A stretch of DNA of 64,000 nt from an uncultured Actinomycetes bacterium (GCA_963725665.1 CAVRZA010000001.1:32001-96000), one strand, 5' to 3'; shown: positions 29,820-40,018, counted from the stretch's first letter. Translations and numbers: made by a program. Notes: generated from the letters alone by a model not told the origin.

Positions 29820-31201
29820 GGCACCTCACGCTCCGCGGCCGGATCGAACCGCGGCTCGGTGCCCGCGGGTCGGTTCTCGCCCTGATCCTCCGTCTTGCCT
29901 GTGGTGGTCTGGCCATCGCCCTGGTGGCAGGGTGCAGTGGTGGCGTAGTCCCGAAGACCTCCCCGAGCACAGGGAGAGTCCAGCTCGTGTACCAGGATTG
30001 GCGCACGGAGTGGTTCCCTCCCATGGCGCAAGAGGAGCTGGCCAAATTCCAGTCCCAGCACCCCAACCTGAGCGTCTTCTATACACCTGACCCGGAGAAC
30101 CTCGCCGACCAGATGCCAATCGACATGCAAGCCGGAAACGCTGCCGACGTGTTTCAAGGATGCTGCGGCTTCTTCCCGGCCTGGGCGCAAAAAGGTTATG
30201 TGCTCGATCTCAGCGGGTTCGTGAAGGCCGACTATGACAAGTTGCTGGTGGCCGACTGGGACCCGGCCCAGTACAAGGCTTTCTTTGACGCCGACGGACA
30301 CCAGTTCGGGGTGCCCAAGTACCAGGGCACGCTCGTCCTCTACTACAACAAGGACATCTTCGACAGGTACAAGGTCGCCTACCCGGACGCGTCCTGGACT
30401 CACGACGACTACCTTGCGGCCATGAAGAAGCTGACGCGGGACACGAACGGAGACGGCAGCACCGACATCTGGGGCAGCATGATCGACATCGGCTGGGACC
30501 GGCTGCAGGTGCACATCAACGACTGGGGCGGTCACATCGTGGACCCCAAGGACCCAACGAAGTGCGACATCGACAGCCCTGAAGCGCTCGCGGCGCTCGA
30601 GTGGGTGCGCGCGCGGATGTGGGACGACAAGGTGATGGCCACGGCCACCGATGTGAACAACGTGGGGACCCGGGTGGCCTTCTCTGAGGGCAAGCTCGCC
30701 ATGGTGGAGGACGGCTCCTGGGCTCTCAAGGACATTCTCGAACACTCGCACTTCCGCATCGGGGTGGCGCCGATACCTGCCGGCCCGGTTAGGCGGGTCA
30801 CCCTGAGCACGACCGACGGGTTCGGCATCTACTCCAGGACCCTGCACCCCCGGGAGGCATGGGAGCTGGTGAAGTTCCTCGTGAGCAGGGAGTACGGGCT
30901 GGCGATGGCCAGGGCGAACCTGCTGCAGCCGGCGCGGCTATCTCTCGTGGCGGACTGGGAGCGATTCGTGAAGCAGCAGTACCCGCGGCAGGCCAGGGGC
31001 ATGGATCTCGACGTGTTCGCGGCCCCGCACCGCGAGAGCTACTCGGTCGTTCAGGAGGTGTTCCCGCGGAACATGGATGAGGCTGCTCGCCTGCTCGACG
31101 ACGCTTTCGCCAAGATCTTCACCCTCGGCCAGGCGAAGGTCGACATTCTGCACGCCGTGAGCCGGCAGATCGAAGCGGCTCAGACGCGCAGCGGCCCCTG
31201 A
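29816..31201 (+). CDS. Sugar-type solute-binding lipoprotein (family 1)
   Basis: Lipobox LVAGC, LYYNKDIF motif; ATGA overlap with regulator. Confidence 0.88.
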   Translation: MRHLTLRGRIEPRLGARGSVLALILRLACGGLAIALVAGCSGGVVPKTSPSTGRVQLVYQDWRTEWFPPMAQEELAKFQSQHPNLSVFYTPDPENLADQMPIDMQAGNAADVFQGCCGFFPAWAQKGYVLDLSGFVKADYDKLLVADWDPAQYKAFFDADGHQFGVPKYQGTLVLYYNKDIFDRYKVAYPDASWTHDDYLAAMKKLTRDTNGDGSTDIWGSMIDIGWDRLQVHINDWGGHIVDPKDPTKCDIDSPEALAALEWVRARMWDDKVMATATDVNNVGTRVAFSEGKLAMVEDGSWALKDILEHSHFRIGVAPIPAGPVRRVTLSTTDGFGIYSRTLHPREAWELVKFLVSREYGLAMARANLLQPARLSLVADWERFVKQQYPRQARGMDLDVFAAPHRESYSVVQEVFPRNMDEAARLLDDAFAKIFTLGQAKVDILHAVSRQIEAAQTRSGP

Positions 31202-31221
31202 GGCCGGGTCGGGTCGCGGCG

Positions 31222-33513
31222 ATGCGGGGGGTCTTCACGCATGTTCGCCTGCGGACGCGTATCCTGGCATGGTCGTTCGTCCCCACGGCCGTCATCCTCT
31301 TCGCGGTGGCGGTCGTCGCCGTCTACGCCTACGCGCGGGTGACGGAGCAGGAAGCGGTCCAGAAAGACCAGGAGCTCGCCCGCCTCTCAGCCGCCAACCT
31401 GGCTGCCGAGATCAACCAGTTCTCATTGGATCTCGGCGGCCTCACGCGGCAGTCCGATATCGCCGGAGGCCAGGCCCAACGCCAGCAAGCGGCCCTTGCC
31501 GCCTCCTCGAACAAGCTGTCGGTCTTCGACGCAGGGACTGTGATACTCGACGCCCACGGGGCCTTCGCCGCCGCATGGCCGGAGCGTCCCGCCGATGTGG
31601 GCGAGGACTGGTCGTCGCGTCCCTACTTCATCCAGCTCATTCGCTCCTCACGACCCGTCTTCTCCGACATAACGAGCGATGGTGTCGGCGGTGCCACGGT
31701 GATCACAGTCGCCGTCCCTATCACCGGACCGCGGGGCGAGTTCAACGGCGTCCTCGCCGGCATGTTCCGGCTGGGGGCAACCTCGGTCAGCGCCCTCTAC
31801 GGCGACATCGCAAAGCTGCGCGTGGGAGTAAGCGGCGACGTGTACGTCGTCGACGGCAGCGGCCGTGTCATCGCGCACCCCGATGCGAAGCTCGTGGGGA
31901 TGGACTTGACGTCCCAGAACGTGGTCCGCCGGGTCGTGTCCGGCCAGACCGGGGCCGTACGCACCCGCGATCTCAACCACAGGGACGTCGTCGCCGGCTA
32001 CGCTCCCGTGCCCGGGACTCGTTGGGGCTTGATCGCCGTCGAGAACTGGTCGACGCTGATTAGGCCGTTTCAAAGATATCGCACCTTCCTGCTGGTCCTC
32101 CTCGTCCTCGGCCTGCTGATCCCTTCGCTGGTGGTGCTGCTGGGCGTTCGCCGCCTGACGCGGCCCGTATCCGCCCTCTCGGAGGCGGCCCGGCGGGTGG
32201 CCAAAGGCGACTTCGAGCACTCGGTCACCATCAAGACCCACGATGAGCTCCAGGAACTAGCCGAGCAGTTCAACGACATGTCCGCGCAGCTTCGCGACTC
32301 CTACGCTGAGCTCGACAAGCGGGTGGCCTCCCGCACACAGGAGCTCGCCACCCTCAACGCCGTGGCGGCCGTGGTGAGCCAGTCGTTGAACCTGGAACGG
32401 ATACTCGCCGATGCCCTGGCGAAGATCATCACGGAGCTGGGCTTCGAGGCAGGAGTGGCCTTCATCATTCCCGAGAGCGACAGCCCAGAAGGGGGGGTGA
32501 GGCTGGTGACCTCGAGGAACATCTCCGCGGAGGTGATGCCCGTTCTCAGAAGCGAAGCCTCCACGGGCCTTGGGCAGCGCTTGCGAGCTCTCGGGGGGCA
32601 GGCCCAGGCACTGCCGCTCGGCAGACTGTTCTCTAGCGACCTCGCGACTTCTCTCGGCTCCGCCGGCTGGGAGTCTGCCGTGCTGATCCCGGTCACCGCC
32701 AAGGCAACGGCGTTCGGTGGCCTGGTGCTCTTTGCCGCTCAGACGCCTGAGTTGACTCCCGAGCAACTCACCTCGCTCTCGGGCCTGGGGAACCAGATAG
32801 GGATGGCGGTGGACAACGCACGCCTCTATGAGCAGGCAGAGGAGTCCGCGGCGGCGATAGAAAGGAACCGGTTGGCCCGCGACCTTCACGACGCGGTGAG
32901 CCAGACCTTGTTTTCAGCTTCGGTCATCGCCGAGGTGCTTCCCAGGATCTACGAGCGTGACCCGGAGCAGGGCAAGCAGAGGTTGGAGGAACTGCAGCAG
33001 CTGACCCGAGGGGCGCTGGCGGAGATGCGCACGCTGCTTCTCGAGCTGCGACCTGCCGCCCTTGCCGAGGCGAACCTCCCCGATCTGCTTCGGCAACTGG
33101 GCGAAGCGGTGGCGGGACGCTCGCGAATCCCCGTCGACGTGCAGGTAGACGCTGCTGTGGGCCTCCCGGCCGAGGTCGGCGTGGCGCTGTACAGGATCGC
33201 GCAAGAGGCGCTCAACAACGTGGCCAAGCACTCGGGGGCCGAGCACGGGCAGGTGAGGTTGCACGAGTGCGGCGACGACGAGCGCCCGGCGCTCGAGCTC
33301 GTCGTCGCCGACGACGGTTGCGGCTTCGACCCCGATGTCGTCCGGCCCGGCAGCCTCGGTCTCGGCATCATGACCGAACGGGCGGAGGCGATAGGCGCCC
33401 GACTCCAGGTGGAGTCGGTCCCCGGGGAAGGCACGCGCATCCGGGTCGTCTGGCGTCACGATCCCTTGCCCCGCTCCCCCCGCGTCGAGAGCTCTCTTCA
33501 GACAGCCGACTGA
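31222..33513 (+). CDS. Sensor histidine kinase (Cache-HAMP-GAF-HisKA_3-HATPase)
   Basis: ERNRLARDLHDAVSQ, QEALNNVAKH, DDGCGF, GLGIM; two TMs. Confidence 0.93.
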   Translation: MRGVFTHVRLRTRILAWSFVPTAVILFAVAVVAVYAYARVTEQEAVQKDQELARLSAANLAAEINQFSLDLGGLTRQSDIAGGQAQRQQAALAASSNKLSVFDAGTVILDAHGAFAAAWPERPADVGEDWSSRPYFIQLIRSSRPVFSDITSDGVGGATVITVAVPITGPRGEFNGVLAGMFRLGATSVSALYGDIAKLRVGVSGDVYVVDGSGRVIAHPDAKLVGMDLTSQNVVRRVVSGQTGAVRTRDLNHRDVVAGYAPVPGTRWGLIAVENWSTLIRPFQRYRTFLLVLLVLGLLIPSLVVLLGVRRLTRPVSALSEAARRVAKGDFEHSVTIKTHDELQELAEQFNDMSAQLRDSYAELDKRVASRTQELATLNAVAAVVSQSLNLERILADALAKIITELGFEAGVAFIIPESDSPEGGVRLVTSRNISAEVMPVLRSEASTGLGQRLRALGGQAQALPLGRLFSSDLATSLGSAGWESAVLIPVTAKATAFGGLVLFAAQTPELTPEQLTSLSGLGNQIGMAVDNARLYEQAEESAAAIERNRLARDLHDAVSQTLFSASVIAEVLPRIYERDPEQGKQRLEELQQLTRGALAEMRTLLLELRPAALAEANLPDLLRQLGEAVAGRSRIPVDVQVDAAVGLPAEVGVALYRIAQEALNNVAKHSGAEHGQVRLHECGDDERPALELVVADDGCGFDPDVVRPGSLGLGIMTERAEAIGARLQVESVPGEGTRIRVVWRHDPLPRSPRVESSLQTAD

Positions 33514-33515
33514 CA

Positions 33516-33533
33516 ACTGGCCAGCTGGCCAGG
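33516..33533 (+). promoter_or_regulatory. Candidate 7-4-7 operator
   Basis: actggcc-agct-ggccagg, resembling boxes at 34174 and 37039. Confidence 0.5.
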
Positions 33534-33647
33534 ACGAGAACCCGCCAAGTGCCGATGGCCCAGGTCGCGTGGTTGCTCCAGACTCGCAAAGGAGAGACCC
33601 AGCGGCCCCTCCCGCAGCAGGTAGGGAACGACGACCGGAGGCGACGA

Positions 33648-34031
33648 ATGCGCATCGTGCTGGCAGACGACGAGCAGAAGGTCCGCTCGGCCCTGCGCCT
33701 GCTGCTCGAGGAGCTGACAAAGGAGTGGGTCGGCTCCCTGTGCGAGCACCGCTGCCATGTCGTGGAGGCACCCTGCGCCGAGGTGGTCGTTCGAGAACTC
33801 AAGAAAGAAGCGGCCGATCTCCTGTTGCTCGATTGGGAGCTTCCCGGCATGGCCGCCGGCGAGCTGGTCGACGAGGTCCGCGAGCTCTCGCCGGGCTGTG
33901 TCATCGTGGCGATGAGCGGTCGCCCTGAGGCCGCGCGTGCTGCAGCCGATCGGGGTGCCGACGCCTTCGTCAGCAAGAACGAGCCTCCCGACAGGTTGGT
34001 GAGCACCCTGCTGCACCAAGTCGCGGTCTGA
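33648..34031 (+). CDS. Single-domain response regulator
   Basis: VLADD, LLDWELPG, FVSK; no output domain. Confidence 0.85.
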   Translation: MRIVLADDEQKVRSALRLLLEELTKEWVGSLCEHRCHVVEAPCAEVVVRELKKEAADLLLLDWELPGMAAGELVDEVRELSPGCVIVAMSGRPEAARAAADRGADAFVSKNEPPDRLVSTLLHQVAV

Positions 34032-34173
34032 CTCCGCAGCAGAAGGTCGTTGAGCTGGGGCACGTCCGTCAGGACGTGCCCGTTCAGTCTTGCCGGGCGC
34101 CGATGAAGGATAGCGGCCTGGACGGTCTCACAGGGGCACGAGAGCCTGCCGACGCGGCGCGACCACAGCGTCA

Positions 34174-34270
34174 CCTAGTCGAGTGACCAGGCCAAAGACT
34201 GTCCCCCTCGCCAGTGCCGATTCCCCCCGCCCGGCGGGCGTGGTGCGCCCGCCCTCGCCGTTACTCTGAC
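34174..34270 (+). promoter_or_regulatory. Promoter with 7-4-7 operator, duplicated at 37039
   Basis: cctagtc-gagt-gaccagg, gactgtcccc, putative -10 tactct. Confidence 0.65.
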
Positions 34271-34318
34271 ATGCAAGCAGACCGGGCACGAGTGAACAGA
34301 GCCAAGAGGGGGTGTGTC

Positions 34319-34570
34319 ATGAAGCAGGCCGAGGTCTCCAGGGTTCATCGGAGACGCCAGGGCCGCGAGGAGTACAGGGCTCAGGTGACGCGTCCGCAGA
34401 ACGACATCAACGAGCGGCTCGATGCGGTGGTCCGGCGCTTTCTTGAGCGCTCCTCGCAGCGGGGGTTCGATCAGCCGGCGGACGAGGACTACGCGATGCG
34501 CTGGGCCATCGCCCGCCACCTCAGGATCCAAGCAAGGTCGGTGAAGGGGGAGCATCATGTCGCAGCGTAG
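34319..34570 (+). CDS. Small hypothetical protein (83 aa) overlapping the MMPL start
   Basis: gaggggg RBS; C-terminus similar to 37179..37364. Confidence 0.55.
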   Translation: MKQAEVSRVHRRRQGREEYRAQVTRPQNDINERLDAVVRRFLERSSQRGFDQPADEDYAMRWAIARHLRIQARSVKGEHHVAA

Positions 34571-36950
34571 GAGCGCGCGCAGGCACTCGGACGAGAAGAA
34601 GAGGCGGGTCGCCGGCTTCACCGAGCGCCTCGCCAGAGGGAGCGCCACCCATCCCTGGCGCACAATCGGCATCTGGGGGGCGCTCATCGCGGTCGCCTTT
34701 CTCGCCGTCGGCTCGCTCCTTGGCAGCGGGCTGACCTCAGAGATGAAGTTCCGCGGCAGCGAGCCCGGCAGCGTGACCGCCGACCGTCTCATCCAGGAGC
34801 GTCTCAGCGGACCGCACAAGGTCACCGACTTTGTCATCGTCAAGTCGGCCACCCGCACCGTCGACGACCCCGTCTTCAAGGGCTACGTCATAGGTCTCGC
34901 GACGAAGATCGAGGCCCTCGGGCCGGGGGTGGTCGCCGACGCCTCCAGCTTCTACCTCACCAAGGATCCCACGCTGGTCTCCAAGGACAAGCGCTCGACG
35001 CTCATCCCTGTGACCATGGCCGGCGGCATCGACGATGCCCTGAAGAACGTCGACAAGGTGCATGAGACGGCGGTCGCCGCGCAGGCCGACGGGTTTACCA
35101 CCGCGCAGGCGGGCGAGGCCAGTCTCAACGAGATGTTCACCAAGCTGGCGGAGTCCGACCTGCAGCGCGGGGAGATCTTCGGCATCCCCGCCGCACTGAT
35201 CGTGCTGGTCGTCGTGTTCGGCGCCGTGCTGGCGGCATGCATGCCCATCGTGTTGAGCCTGATCAGTATCGCCCTGGCTCTCGCGCTCACGGCTGTCATT
35301 GGCCAGGTCTACCCGATGAACACCTTTGTCCTGAACATCCTCACCATGATGGGTCTGGCGGTGGGCATCGACTACTCGCTCTTCGTCATCAGCCGCTACC
35401 GTGAGGAGCGCGCCCGCGGCCTGGAGAAGATCGACGCCATCGCCGCCACCGGCGCCACCGCCAACCGCGCCATCTTCTTCAGTGGCATGACCGTGGTTCT
35501 GGCCATGATCGGCATGGTCATCGTGCCGCTCGACATCATGATCAGCATGGGTGTCGGCGTGATGCTCGTGGTCTTCACGACCCTGCTCACCGCGCTCATC
35601 GCGCTGCCCGCCGTCATGAGCGTGCTGGGCGACCGCATCAACGCTCTGCGCGTGCCCTTCCTCGGGCGCGCGGCCGCCAAGCGTGCCAACGGGGACGGCG
35701 GCGTCTGGGAGCGTCTCGCCCACAGCATCATGCGCCGCCCCGTGGCGTGGCTGAGCGTGGCCGTCACGGCCCTGCTGGTGCTCGCCTCCCCGGTCCTCAT
35801 GATGAACACAGGGAGCAACACCCAAAGCGCCGCTCACCTGCCCGACTCCCACTACGCCAAGCAGGGCTGGGACATCCTCGGTCGTGACTTCTCGCTCGGC
35901 AAGGCCAACCCGCTGATGATCGTCGTCGACGGCCCCGCCGCTTCGGCGCAGGTCAAGCAGAGCATCGCCCGTCTCGAGGCCGCCATGAAGAGCGACGGGC
36001 GCTTCGCTCCCGTCCAGGTGACCGTCAACAAGGCTGGCGACCTGACATTGCTGACCACCGCCTTGGCCGGTGATCCCGTGGCCGACTCCACACAGGCGCT
36101 CGTGAAGCACCTGCGCAGCGACATGATCCCCGCGGCGTTCGCCGGCAGTCCCGCCCAGGTGTACGTCACCGGCACCACGGCGGGCGTGGTCGACTACCTG
36201 GGGTTCTTCGACACCTGGCTGCCGATCGTGCTTCTCGTCGTCCTCTCGCTGAGCTTCATACTGCTTCTGGTGGCCTTCCGGTCGATCGTGGTGCCGGCAC
36301 AGGCCATCGCCATGAACCTGCTCAGCGTGGGCGCCTCCTACGGCCTGCTGGTGCTCGTGTTCCAGAAGGGCGTCGGCGCCAAGCTCCTCGGCCTGACGCA
36401 GGTCGAGACCATCGAGGCCTGGGTGCCCCTGTTCCTCTTCGCCCTGCTCTTCGGCCTCTCGATGGACTACCAGGTCTTCCTGCTTAGCCGCATCAAGGAG
36501 CGCTTCGACCGCACGGGTGACACGCGCGAGGCAGTCGGGTACGGCGTCGGGCGGACCGCCGGCATCATCACCGGCGCGGCCGCCATCATGGTCTGCGTCT
36601 TCGGCGGCATGGCGACCGGTCAGCTGGTGATGTTCCAGCAGATGGGCTTTGGCCTGGCCGTCGCGGTCTTCATCGACGCCACCATCGTGCGCACGATCAT
36701 CGTCCCCAGCGCCATGGCCATTCTGGGCGAGCGCAACTGGTACCTGCCGCGCTGGCTAGCGTGGCTCCCGAACGTGAGCGTCGAAGGTCACGCCTACGAG
36801 CCCGATGGCGAGGTCCCGCAGACGGAGGCTCCCGAGCGCGCGCCGTCGGCCGAGCCGCAGCGGCGTCCGGGAACGGGTCCGGTCCCGGCTCTCCGCCCGG
36901 CTCCCGACGTCGCCATGCGACGGGCTCCGCGTCCCGACCTAGAGCACTAG
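34557..36950 (+). CDS. MMPL family transporter (paralogue 2)
   Basis: Same motifs as, and clearly similar to, 16802..19156. Confidence 0.93.
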   Translation: MSQRRSARRHSDEKKRRVAGFTERLARGSATHPWRTIGIWGALIAVAFLAVGSLLGSGLTSEMKFRGSEPGSVTADRLIQERLSGPHKVTDFVIVKSATRTVDDPVFKGYVIGLATKIEALGPGVVADASSFYLTKDPTLVSKDKRSTLIPVTMAGGIDDALKNVDKVHETAVAAQADGFTTAQAGEASLNEMFTKLAESDLQRGEIFGIPAALIVLVVVFGAVLAACMPIVLSLISIALALALTAVIGQVYPMNTFVLNILTMMGLAVGIDYSLFVISRYREERARGLEKIDAIAATGATANRAIFFSGMTVVLAMIGMVIVPLDIMISMGVGVMLVVFTTLLTALIALPAVMSVLGDRINALRVPFLGRAAAKRANGDGGVWERLAHSIMRRPVAWLSVAVTALLVLASPVLMMNTGSNTQSAAHLPDSHYAKQGWDILGRDFSLGKANPLMIVVDGPAASAQVKQSIARLEAAMKSDGRFAPVQVTVNKAGDLTLLTTALAGDPVADSTQALVKHLRSDMIPAAFAGSPAQVYVTGTTAGVVDYLGFFDTWLPIVLLVVLSLSFILLLVAFRSIVVPAQAIAMNLLSVGASYGLLVLVFQKGVGAKLLGLTQVETIEAWVPLFLFALLFGLSMDYQVFLLSRIKERFDRTGDTREAVGYGVGRTAGIITGAAAIMVCVFGGMATGQLVMFQQMGFGLAVAVFIDATIVRTIIVPSAMAILGERNWYLPRWLAWLPNVSVEGHAYEPDGEVPQTEAPERAPSAEPQRRPGTGPVPALRPAPDVAMRRAPRPDLEH

Positions 36951-37038
36951 TTCCCCCGCCCCCGGCCGGGGCGGCCATCTGGCCGCCCCGGCCTCCCCGC
37001 GCCGGTAGTGGATCCAGATAAGCCCTCTGCTGGCCCCG

Positions 37039-37135
37039 CCCAGTCGACTGACTAGGTGAAGGACTGTCCCCCCTGCCAGCTCAAAGTCTCCCCACTAGGC
37101 GGGCGCGCTGAGACAGGTCAAGCCTCTACCCTGAC
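37039..37135 (+). promoter_or_regulatory. Promoter with 7-4-7 operator
   Basis: cccagtc-gact-gactagg, gactgtcccc, putative -10 taccct. Confidence 0.65.
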
Positions 37136-37178
37136 AGTGCAGACGAAGCAAACGAAGGCACGAGAGAGGGAGTCCGTC

Positions 37179-37364
37179 ATGTCGCCGCTCGACACACACC
37201 GCAGGGCGATCTGGTCCTCGTCCATCGATGGGCCAGCTCAGCGCAAGCACACGACTCGCCCTCGACGCCCAGACTTCAACGAACTGGCCGCTGAGGAGTA
37301 TCGGCGCGCGCTGCGTTCCCTGCTCCAGGCCAAGGGCGAGCACCAGTACAGGCTGGCGGCGTGA
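37179..37364 (+). CDS. Small hypothetical protein (61 aa) ending YRLAA
   Basis: gagggag RBS; similar to 34319..34570. Confidence 0.55.
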   Translation: MSPLDTHRRAIWSSSIDGPAQRKHTTRPRRPDFNELAAEEYRRALRSLLQAKGEHQYRLAA

Positions 37365-37398
37365 TGGCGTGGAAGAGCCCCGCAAGGTTGGGGCAGTG

Positions 37399-38043
37399 AT
37401 GGAAGCGGTCTTGGAAGCAAGCCTGCATGCCGATGCCCCTGCTGCGCAATCAGCAAGGAAGCACGGCCCGCTCAGTCTTTGCCTGGCCGTCAGCATTCTC
37501 GCCACGGTGGCGCTGGTGGCGCTCTTGGCCACCGGCGCGCTCAACGCCTTCAGCGGAGTCGATCAGCTGGCGCGTGCATCGATCCCTGGCGTTGTCAGCG
37601 TGAACGCCCCGCGAGCGGCCGAGATGGTCGTCTACCACGAGGGTGGCGTCCCCGCGAGCCTCAACGAGCTCGGGCTCCGCGTGCGCGGGCCCGACGGAGT
37701 CACCGTGGCAACCAAACCCTACGGCCTCGATCTCCGCTATCAGCACGACCACCAGGTTGGGACGGCCGTGGCGAGCTTCACAGCTCCAGCCGCCGGACGC
37801 TATCTCATCTCAACGACAGCGGCCGAGCTCGGAGCGCGACTTGCCGTGGGGGGCGACCTCGGCGCGGCGATAATGCTCACCGATTTGGCCACTGTCGGCG
37901 TCGGTCTCGCGGCACTCACCGCTATCGCCGTCGTCGTGGCCCTCGCGCTGCGGCGCTCGAACGGGAGCTCGAGACGGCGACATGCCGACGATCTTGGAGG
38001 GAGATTCCGGAGGGCGACACCGCCGTTCTCCTTCGCGGACTAG
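37399..38043 (+). CDS. Hypothetical two-TM membrane protein
   Basis: Two hydrophobic segments flanking a beta-rich domain. Confidence 0.65.
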   Translation: MEAVLEASLHADAPAAQSARKHGPLSLCLAVSILATVALVALLATGALNAFSGVDQLARASIPGVVSVNAPRAAEMVVYHEGGVPASLNELGLRVRGPDGVTVATKPYGLDLRYQHDHQVGTAVASFTAPAAGRYLISTTAAELGARLAVGGDLGAAIMLTDLATVGVGLAALTAIAVVVALALRRSNGSSRRRHADDLGGRFRRATPPFSFAD

Positions 38044-38209
38044 ACGGGGTGGATGGAGCGAACAATGACTGGTCTCGCCAAGGCAACGGCATCCGCGACT
38101 GTAAATACGCGGTGCCGAGGCAGGGAATGGACTCATATAGGAAGACTGCCGTGGCAGTGGGAGTGCTGAGCGCCGCGGTGCCGTGAGGGCCGACAAGTGG
38201 GAGGGCAAC

Positions 38210-38963
38210 ATGGACGCAGTCATCACCAGAGAGAGGCCTCGCGCGAGGACGCGAGGCGAACGAGCGCCGGCGGCCGACGCCGCCCTGCGGCGTCGCAAGG
38301 CCGCAATCACGGTGGGCGCGCTGTTCATCATCGGGGACATCGCCGGCGTCCTGAGCTACGTCGTGACCGGAGGTCTGCTGGACGGGCCGGACGCCCTCAC
38401 CAAGATCGCCGCGAACCAGAGCCACCTGGCGCTGGGGGCGCTCCTGGTGCTGACCATGGGCCTGGCGCTGGCCATGATCCCGGTCGTGATGTATCCGATC
38501 TTCAAGAAGTACAACGAGGTCCTGGCGCTCGGGACCGTCGTCTTCCGGGGCGCGCTCGAGACCGTCGCCTACACGGCCAGCGCAGGCTATCTGGCTGGTG
38601 CTCCTCGAACTCAGCCGGGAGCACCGGGCGGTGGCGTCTGCCGGCGCTCCGCACGTCCAGACACTCAGCGGGCTCCTCGTGGCGACGCAAGGGTCGGTCG
38701 CCACCTGGCTCACTTCCATCGTCTTCAGCCTCGGCGCCCTGATGTTCTACTACCTCTTCTACCAGTCGCGGCTCATCCCCCGCTGGCTGTCGGTCTGGGG
38801 TCTCGCCGGTGCCGCCCTGTACCTGGCCACGCCGTTGCTGGACATGTTCGGCCACGGGTTCGGCGTCCTGATGGCCCCCCTGGCGGTGGCGGAGATCGTC
38901 CTGGCCGTCTGGCTGATCGTCAAAGGGCTGGCCTCACCGGGCCCTGAGGAGGCGGCTGCCTGA
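38210..38963 (+). CDS. DUF4386 family membrane protein, frameshift near 38580
   Basis: N-half in the 38183 frame, C-half (SRLIPRWLSVWG...WLIVKG) in the 38598 frame. Confidence 0.82.
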
Positions 38964-39050
38964 CCGATTGTTCGAGCTGATGCAGATAGCCGACGGGCCA
39001 AGGGCACGATTGGAAGTACGTTGGCCCGCCATCTAGACGAAGGGGAAGGA

Positions 39051-39500
39051 ATGAACACAAGCAAGAAGACCACTGGAATGGAAGATATGAAAGCAAGACT
39101 CTCAACACTCTGGGTTGTGGTCATGTTCAACATGGTCTTCGCGGACATTCTCACCTTCATCAAGCCTGGAGCGCTGCAGGAATTGTGGGCCGGACAAGCG
39201 GGCGTGCAAATCACCCAGGGGCTTCTGCTGGTGTTCGCGCTACTCCTGGAGATCCCGATTGCGATGATCTTCGTGTCTCGCATCCTGAAGCCCGGGCCCA
39301 ACCGCTGGGCGAACACCGTTGCAGCGGCAATCACCACGGCGTTCGTGGTAGGCGGCGGGTCGCTGACTCCTCACTACGTGTTCTTCGCGACCGTAGAAAT
39401 CGCGTGCATGGCGCTGATCGTCCGGTCCGTGTGGACGTGCCGCCGCTCAGAGACCGTCGCCGAGCGTCGGGACGAGGTGCCTGCGCCGGTCGCCTGGTAG
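39051..39500 (+). CDS. DUF6326-like membrane protein
   Basis: LSTLWVVVMFNMVFADI...EIPIAMIFVSRIL...NRWAN. Confidence 0.78.
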   Translation: MNTSKKTTGMEDMKARLSTLWVVVMFNMVFADILTFIKPGALQELWAGQAGVQITQGLLLVFALLLEIPIAMIFVSRILKPGPNRWANTVAAAITTAFVVGGGSLTPHYVFFATVEIACMALIVRSVWTCRRSETVAERRDEVPAPVAW

Positions 39501-39527
39501 TCGGGACAGTCCCGATCCTGAAGGACT

Positions 39528-39562
39528 CGAGGGGGCGGTCGACTGCTCGACGGCCCCCTCGT
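39528..39562 (+). terminator. Hairpin after the DUF6326-like gene
   Basis: cgagggggcggtcga-ctgc-tcgacggccccctcg. Confidence 0.55.
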
Positions 39563-39683
39563 CGTCTTGGCGGACGCACGATGGTCGGGAAGCCCGCGAG
39601 TTGCTGAGAGGTTGCCGAATCTGCGGGAAGCCGCAGGCTCACCCCTCGAAGCGGCGACCCGGCGAGCGCCCCCGAACAGACCT

Positions 39684-39795
39684 GTTGCCGCCTCTCAAGG
39701 GCGGTAACGAAGTAGTTCTCCAGATGGCTCCGTGAGCGTGGAGGGAGGGAGTGGGCTCACTCTCCCTACCCGTCGCTGCAACCACCGTGCAACCC
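39684..39795 (+). repeat. Repeat family R2, full copy
   Basis: gttgccgcc-tctcaag-ggcggtaac core, tgagcgtgga, hairpin, gcaaccaccgtgcaaccc. Confidence 0.85.
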
Positions 39796-40018
39796 CCTGG
39801 TGCCTGTACCGGCTCCTTCGAAGGGCTGCTCGAGTCTGCGGGTATGCGGGCACGGGCGGGTACGTGGGGAAGCCCGATCGACGAATCGTCACGTCGATTC
39901 GAGTCCGCGTGCCGAAAGCGCTTAGCGTCGGACCGGCTCTCAGAGACACCCGCACCTCCCCGCATACCCGCAGCTCCTGACCGCCTGAAGTGTCTTCACG
40001 GGCAGGCCTCGATGCGGG

